Part shown: piece by piece, positions 58,636-64,000 of the stretch
Numbering within the stretch: position 1 is the stretch's first letter
Layout of the letters: the number at the start of each line of letters is the position of its first letter
Assembly (NCBI RefSeq): GCF_964355755.1
Contig: NC_092673.1
Coordinates: 8,618,001 to 8,682,000, forward strand
DNA from: Antedon mediterranea
Lineage: Eukaryota; Animalia; Echinodermata
DNA length: 64,000 nucleotides
Direction: 5' to 3'
Made by a program: the position numbers and the translations under genes
Notes under the pieces: model-generated
Database searches by the model: none
What the model was told of the DNA's origin: nothing
What the model saw: only the letters and a program-made list of their open reading frames with translations

Positions 58636-59007
58636 TTTGTAAAGGCCAACATTTTTGCGGCCCTATATTTTTGCGATTTTACATTTTAAACTATTTCGCC
58701 ACCTTTTATTTTCGCGATTTGAGTTTCTTGTGAAATTTGTTGAACCAAATTGGCGAATGTATTTTGCCTTAGCGATGAACATCAAACAATAATTGAATAG
58801 CGTCGAGTAAAATTACAGAATACGCGATTCTAAATTTAGGGATGCAAATAAATATTTTTGTTGAATAGGCTCTTAGATAGTGAACACCCCCATAATTAAT
58901 GTACTGTACCAAATTACTGTTGTTTCACACGCCATTTATTTCGCGAGCGTTGTTCAATTACGAAAGTCGCGAAAATAAAGGGTGCACAAACATTTTGGCC
59001 TTTACAG
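58636..59007. mobile_element. Tc1/mariner-like MITE, degenerate left end
   Basis: tgtaaaggccaacatttttgcg ... cattttggcctttacag|TA, with ttcgcg subterminal motifs. Confidence 0.6.
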
Positions 59008-59084
59008 TAATTAATAACTAGATTGGATCTTGTCGATTTCTTCTCTATAATGGAAAATTACTTTAAAATATCTAGTTAGATTAA

Positions 59085-60468
59085 AGTGGAGCTCCACCCA
59101 GAAAATTACTATTTTTCATACATTTCAACTATTATTTAAAAATATCATCCCTCATACTTCATATTTTTTGGAAATTTTTTTCAATGAGTACGATTTTCTT
59201 GAAAATCACGCCTTTTTGAGTTTTGGGGGGATACCTTGTAATTTCCTATTCTTTTACATGCAAAAGGGGGGTATATTTGAATAATCCTAAAAAAATAATT
59301 TCTTCACTAAAAAAAAAAATGAAAACAGTTTTTTTATGTAATTTTTCCAGATCTTTCTATTTCTGGTATTTTTATCGCGTATACATTGCGCAATTTTGCG
59401 TAAATAGACACTTTCCCCCGTTCGGGTCCAATTGGGTTTTTTATTTTGCTAGGGAGTCTGATCACGTGACATTTTTCACAATCACACTACTACTGCACCT
59501 GGCGATCTGTTATTTTGTCGCGATGTTATTTTTGACGGGCGAAAAGTATATTGAAACATTCTGAATGTGACCCTATCATGTTTCCCAGTGTAATAATGTG
59601 ATTATGAGACTATTACTAAAATGTCAAATTTAACGAGATTTGAGAAAGACGTGGCTATATATTCAATAAAGCTAGGCCTAGGCCTACTAGAGTGTAGGTA
59701 TGTACCGATGATGCTGCTTGGCCTCTAGCTAGGCTGACAGCAGTGAAGTTTGTTCTGTTGACACCCAACTTCGGCCTACCCATGGGCCATGATAGGGTGC
59801 CTGAAAAGTTGCTTTTCAGTCAGGCCCAAGCTTCCACATCGGTCATCGCTTTACTACTCTTGTTCTGTATATATAGGATTTTGTGTTTCACAATTCTTGT
59901 GAATGTGCGAGAAAACCCAGGAACGATAAATGGGGCGAAACGACCAAGCATTTTCAAACCCATGAATGCCATAGGCTTAGACAAAAATTCAAGGCTAGCT
60001 AGGCTGAGCAGAGACGGCTTAGCTAGGCCTAGCTTAAAGTTAATAAGCAATCTGATAAGATTAATTATGCTGTTGTTGTACATTGCAAATCATGAGGTTA
60101 TACATGTAAATTATACTGACATTTTTATCGGAAATATTACTTAGGCCTATTACAAATCGTATTAATTGTGTGTATAAAATTTATTCCCCATTTTTCGACA
60201 CATAATTTACCAAACGGGAGACAGTTCACCGGCGACTAAAACGCGTCAGTCGCTAAATGTAACGCGTTTCGCGACGTATTGTAAACTAATAACCCCTAAG
60301 TTACTGAAAAAGTGTAATGTATTAAAAAACACTATTTTCTAACCGATTTTTTAGAAATGGGTTTTTGAAAAACATTTCCGTGTTTTCTCTGTTTTTTTAA
60401 TGTAATCACTTTCAATTAAACATACTTAAACATAATATAAGCTGAGAAAGTCTGAGTGTAGCTCCACT
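59085..60468. mobile_element. Kolobok-like non-autonomous element, TTAA TSD
   Basis: TTAA|agtggagctccacccaga ... tctgagtgtagctccact|TTAA. Confidence 0.8.
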
Positions 60469-62852
60469 TTAAGTATTTCTTAAATATTTTAGATTCAAAA
60501 GCATATATTGATAAATGGCAACTCGGGTGTACATGCCTTAAAAGATTAATTGAATGTAGCCAACATGTTTACAATTGGTAAATGTTCATTTCACCACAAT
60601 CAGCTACAGTTGTTGTTCATTGTCTAATGAACAAAACTAATCCTTTTTGTAACAAATCTAATTTAACAAAACAACTTTTAATTATATATACCTATTTACT
60701 ACAGTAGCCATGGCTACTATGTATTAGCCAATCGAAACCTATTTGGTGGAGACATGGTTTGAACAGCAAACTATGGTTTGTTTTTTTATATTTTAGAAGA
60801 AAGAAAACAACTAAGTGGTAATAAAACAGTGTTAGGTTACCGAGGGGAAAAAACTATGAAGTATTCTTAGGTATTTATTACTTATTACCACCTCTAAAGA
60901 AGGTTAAACTAAAATAAAATCATCTCAGTTAAAAAACAAGCTATTTTTTAATTTTGGCCTTGTTATTAAAATATTTTGTAATTTTGGCCTTGGTGCTCCT
61001 TCGATTTAATTATACCGTTTTATAATTTTGTACTGTTTCTTGGAAAGCAATAAATATTACTTGCCTATTTTAGAGTGGATAGTCATCCTCGGCACATATC
61101 TAATAATTTAATATGCGACTCAAAATCCAAGATGGTCGTCAAGATTCAAAATGGCTGGCAAATTGTATTTTTAATGCCTATTAAAATTGGCTTTCAAAAC
61201 TGGAAGATTGGAAAATGTCATCATCAACATGCTTATAAATGAACAATGTGACTCCAAATTCATGGCTGCAACAATTCCAAAATCATATTGTAGTTGGGTG
61301 TGTGTCTGTGTTTTAACCCAGTAAAATGAAAGTCTTTGTATTTAGAGATAGAGATTTAGAAAACAATATTGAGAGATTTTAGTGAGATTTGAGAATTTTT
61401 AATGGCAGGTTTCTCTTTTTAAGAATTATTATTTCAAACTTTAAGTTTAGATAAATAAATAATTTGATTATAGAAGCAAATCTTTATTTAATTTAGTAGA
61501 ATTCTAATTATTCAGTTAGTTACATTACTGTACCTGTCACCAACATGGGTGCTAAGTGCATATTAATTAAAACTTGATTTTGATTATTGTTTTGAAACGT
61601 TGATATCCGCTTTTTGTTATTACTAGGTATATTTTGTATAAATTCTGTAGTAAATGTCTCTTTTATACAGCAAAGTATTATTATTAATACTATTCCAAAT
61701 TTATTCAAATAATAATCAAATAGTATTTTTGGTTGCCAAGTGACGTGGTTCCAGTTGAATGAAATACAAACAATACTTCTGCCATGATAATGTTTTCCAT
61801 TCAGCATTTATGAAAGATGTAAATTATAATATAATATTTTTGAAACGAAAATTGTCAACACTGATTATTTTGTTTATTGTTTTAAATAAATAAACAGGAT
61901 ATGCAGGACAAAAAATTCTATTAAGCGGGAATATAAATTATAAGATTGAAGATTTGGATATTAGTGCATGTTTGAAAAGTTGATAAATAGAGCCAAAGGA
62001 ATTGCGATAATCTTATGTAGATTTTTGCATTAGGTAATTGTATAACGTCTTATAGATTCATTAGTGAAAGTAGTTTGTAATGCAATTCTAAATGCTTTAT
62101 TCTACAAATAGAAATGTTAATGAAAGTATGGTCGCCATAGTTGTTAAAATCAATTTGATTAAGGTAATTTATTTTGATTAGGTACCATAATTTATGTTTG
62201 CACATTGTTATTTTAAAAATACTGGTTTTTTTTTTGAGGATTTTTATTTTCGACGATATGTATTGGTCCATCTGGCTGAAGTTGGTCATTATTACCCTCA
62301 GTACAATACAATTTGACAAGAAAATAACAACAATTAAAAACTAGATTTGAACTCGTCACTTTGTTCGGGATATCCGCGCGCGCAAACGCAACATGCACAT
62401 ACTTTAAACTATTTGAACTTCGACAATTATTATGCCATCCTATGACATGAATTAAGAATGTTTACAGTGCTGTTTGTACCTATTTTGTAGCATACAGCAT
62501 ATTACAGTATTTACAGAATACACTGTATGTTATATACAGTGTAGCATAGACGAAATTATGAGACCCATCTTTTAAATCCAATTATTAACACGATGACGTC
62601 ATCAATTTAACATATAAAGATAATCATTTTAGAAGATAATTATCTAAATAATTACATTAATTCAAATTAAAAAAATTTTGGGCACGTAAAAGAGAAATAC
62701 GCTCTCGTTTAAACGCAATGAACTTGACGCTGACGATGAAAATATGACTTTTTTAATTCAACTGGCCATATGATGACATCACAACATCTGATTGGCAAAA
62801 TATTAACATGAATTCGTATCTACAATCCAATAGCTTCAAGAAAACGTTTTAA

Positions 62853-63178
62853 CACTTTGACTGCCAAACACGAAGATCTTCGTGTTTGGAAACACAACGT
62901 TTGACTGCCAAACACGAAGATCTTTGTGTTTTGCGTTTTTTTACGAAATCCGGTAGATAGGTTAATTATTGGTATATACTATAAATATGGACACTATATT
63001 CGGACTGGACCGTCAATATTTTACTATGAAAGTAACTAATCTGGTTACGAACGACTGTCAAAATGGTACCGGTCGAAATAACATACACCGCGCATCACAG
63101 TAGCGCATAGAGCGATGGCTTGGCGCATTGTGTATCGGTCGCGCTATAGCTATGCCGCCGAAGCATTACAAAGGTTCT
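62853..63178. mobile_element. Left end of a piggyBac-like element
   Basis: TTAA|cactttgactgccaaacacgaagatcttcgtgttt with a duplicated subterminal copy. The other end is not in the window. Confidence 0.5.
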
Positions 63179-64000
63179 CAGTCCTTCGTTTAAGTAAAAA
63201 GCAGGAGAGCACTAAATTGCTCTCCTCGAATTTCCGAGGAAAGCAATTGCTCTCCTAGTAAAAAATTCTGGGGGTTTCGAAAAAAATACATCAAAAAGGT
63301 GTTTTGGCAATGTTTGCATAATAGAAAAAAAAACAACTTTTACTACAAAGCTTAGTCTTCAAACATATTTTTTTATTTATTTTTATTTTTTTACATTTAT
63401 TTTATTAAAACAAAGTAAAAAACAGTTATTAATATAATGGTACAGTTACTAATATCAATGAACCAGCGCAGACTTGGCCCTTTAATAAAGTCTAGTGCCT
63501 ATTGACAAATCAAAAATGTAATACACAGTGCTAAACATGCATAATTTAACAAGACAGCAGACAGTGCGATTATATCAGCTGAGTGTTAAAAGAATTGATT
63601 ATGATGATTCAAAATGACGAGTCAGAAGAAATGCTAGTATTGGTCTCCTCATTGTCAAAGTACAGCATGTCCATTAATTCTGGCTCAGAATCGCCGCTGT
63701 CGCTAGAATCATTCGATCATTCTTCCTCTTCACTTGACTCAGACTCATCTCTATTTCTGATTATAGGGACCACGTAGATTTCCTGTTGTTGGAGCTTTCG
63801 TCACTTGGTTTGCATGTAATGATTTAGTGCATAATCAATAATTTCTTCTTTCTCCGTTTTCGACCACAGGCCATCGTTTGCTTTTATTAGGTTCTCCATG
63901 GTGTTATGTTGAAGTGACAACCTTCGATCTGAAAGTATTGCTGTGACCATGCTAAAGCCACGCTCTACAGTGCTATTGCTTACTCCGATGGCCATCACAA
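63179..64000 (-). mobile_element. hAT transposon end with transposase C-terminus (runs off the window)
   Basis: IGVSNSTVERGFSMVTAILSDRRLSL is a hAT dimerization-domain motif. Stop at 63801 precedes an in-frame acidic stretch. Terminus cagtcctt...aggagagc resembles the 56307 terminus. Confidence 0.8.

Overview
AT-rich animal genomic DNA. A deuterostome invertebrate, probably an echinoderm, is inferred from the DeuSINE, the Gmr1-type element and the many TAGGCCTA motifs. The only host gene I can read is DPM2 (dolichol-phosphate mannosyltransferase subunit 2) on the minus strand, which the ORF track misses: coding exons 3786-3875, 1950-2052 and 1322-1371, plus a probable ATG-only exon at 26696-26698, giving 81 aa that end in a di-lysine ER-retrieval motif. 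If that first exon is correct, intron 1 is about 22.8 kb, of which about 21 kb is nested transposons, and three independent elements inserted within the first ~80 nt of the ancestral intron. Two intact, very young LTR retrotransposons are present: a Mag-type Ty3/gypsy element (9204-14121; identical 177-bp LTRs with non-canonical TG...TA ends and a CTCF-like motif) and a Gmr1-type element with PR-IN-RT-RH domain order (34046-41523; 1296-bp LTRs). The Gmr1 element sits inside a Ginger1-like TIR element (CCGG TSD), which splits a Penelope-like fragment carrying a minimal hammerhead ribozyme (43966-44014). The rest is non-autonomous DNA transposons (MULE-, Harbinger-, Academ-, Tc1/mariner-, hAT-, Ginger-, Kolobok- and piggyBac-like), decayed LINEs (RTEX, Rex1, CR1, L1/Tx1), a DeuSINE and tandem repeats. 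Superfamily calls rest on termini, TSDs and recalled motifs read by eye; no database search was run.
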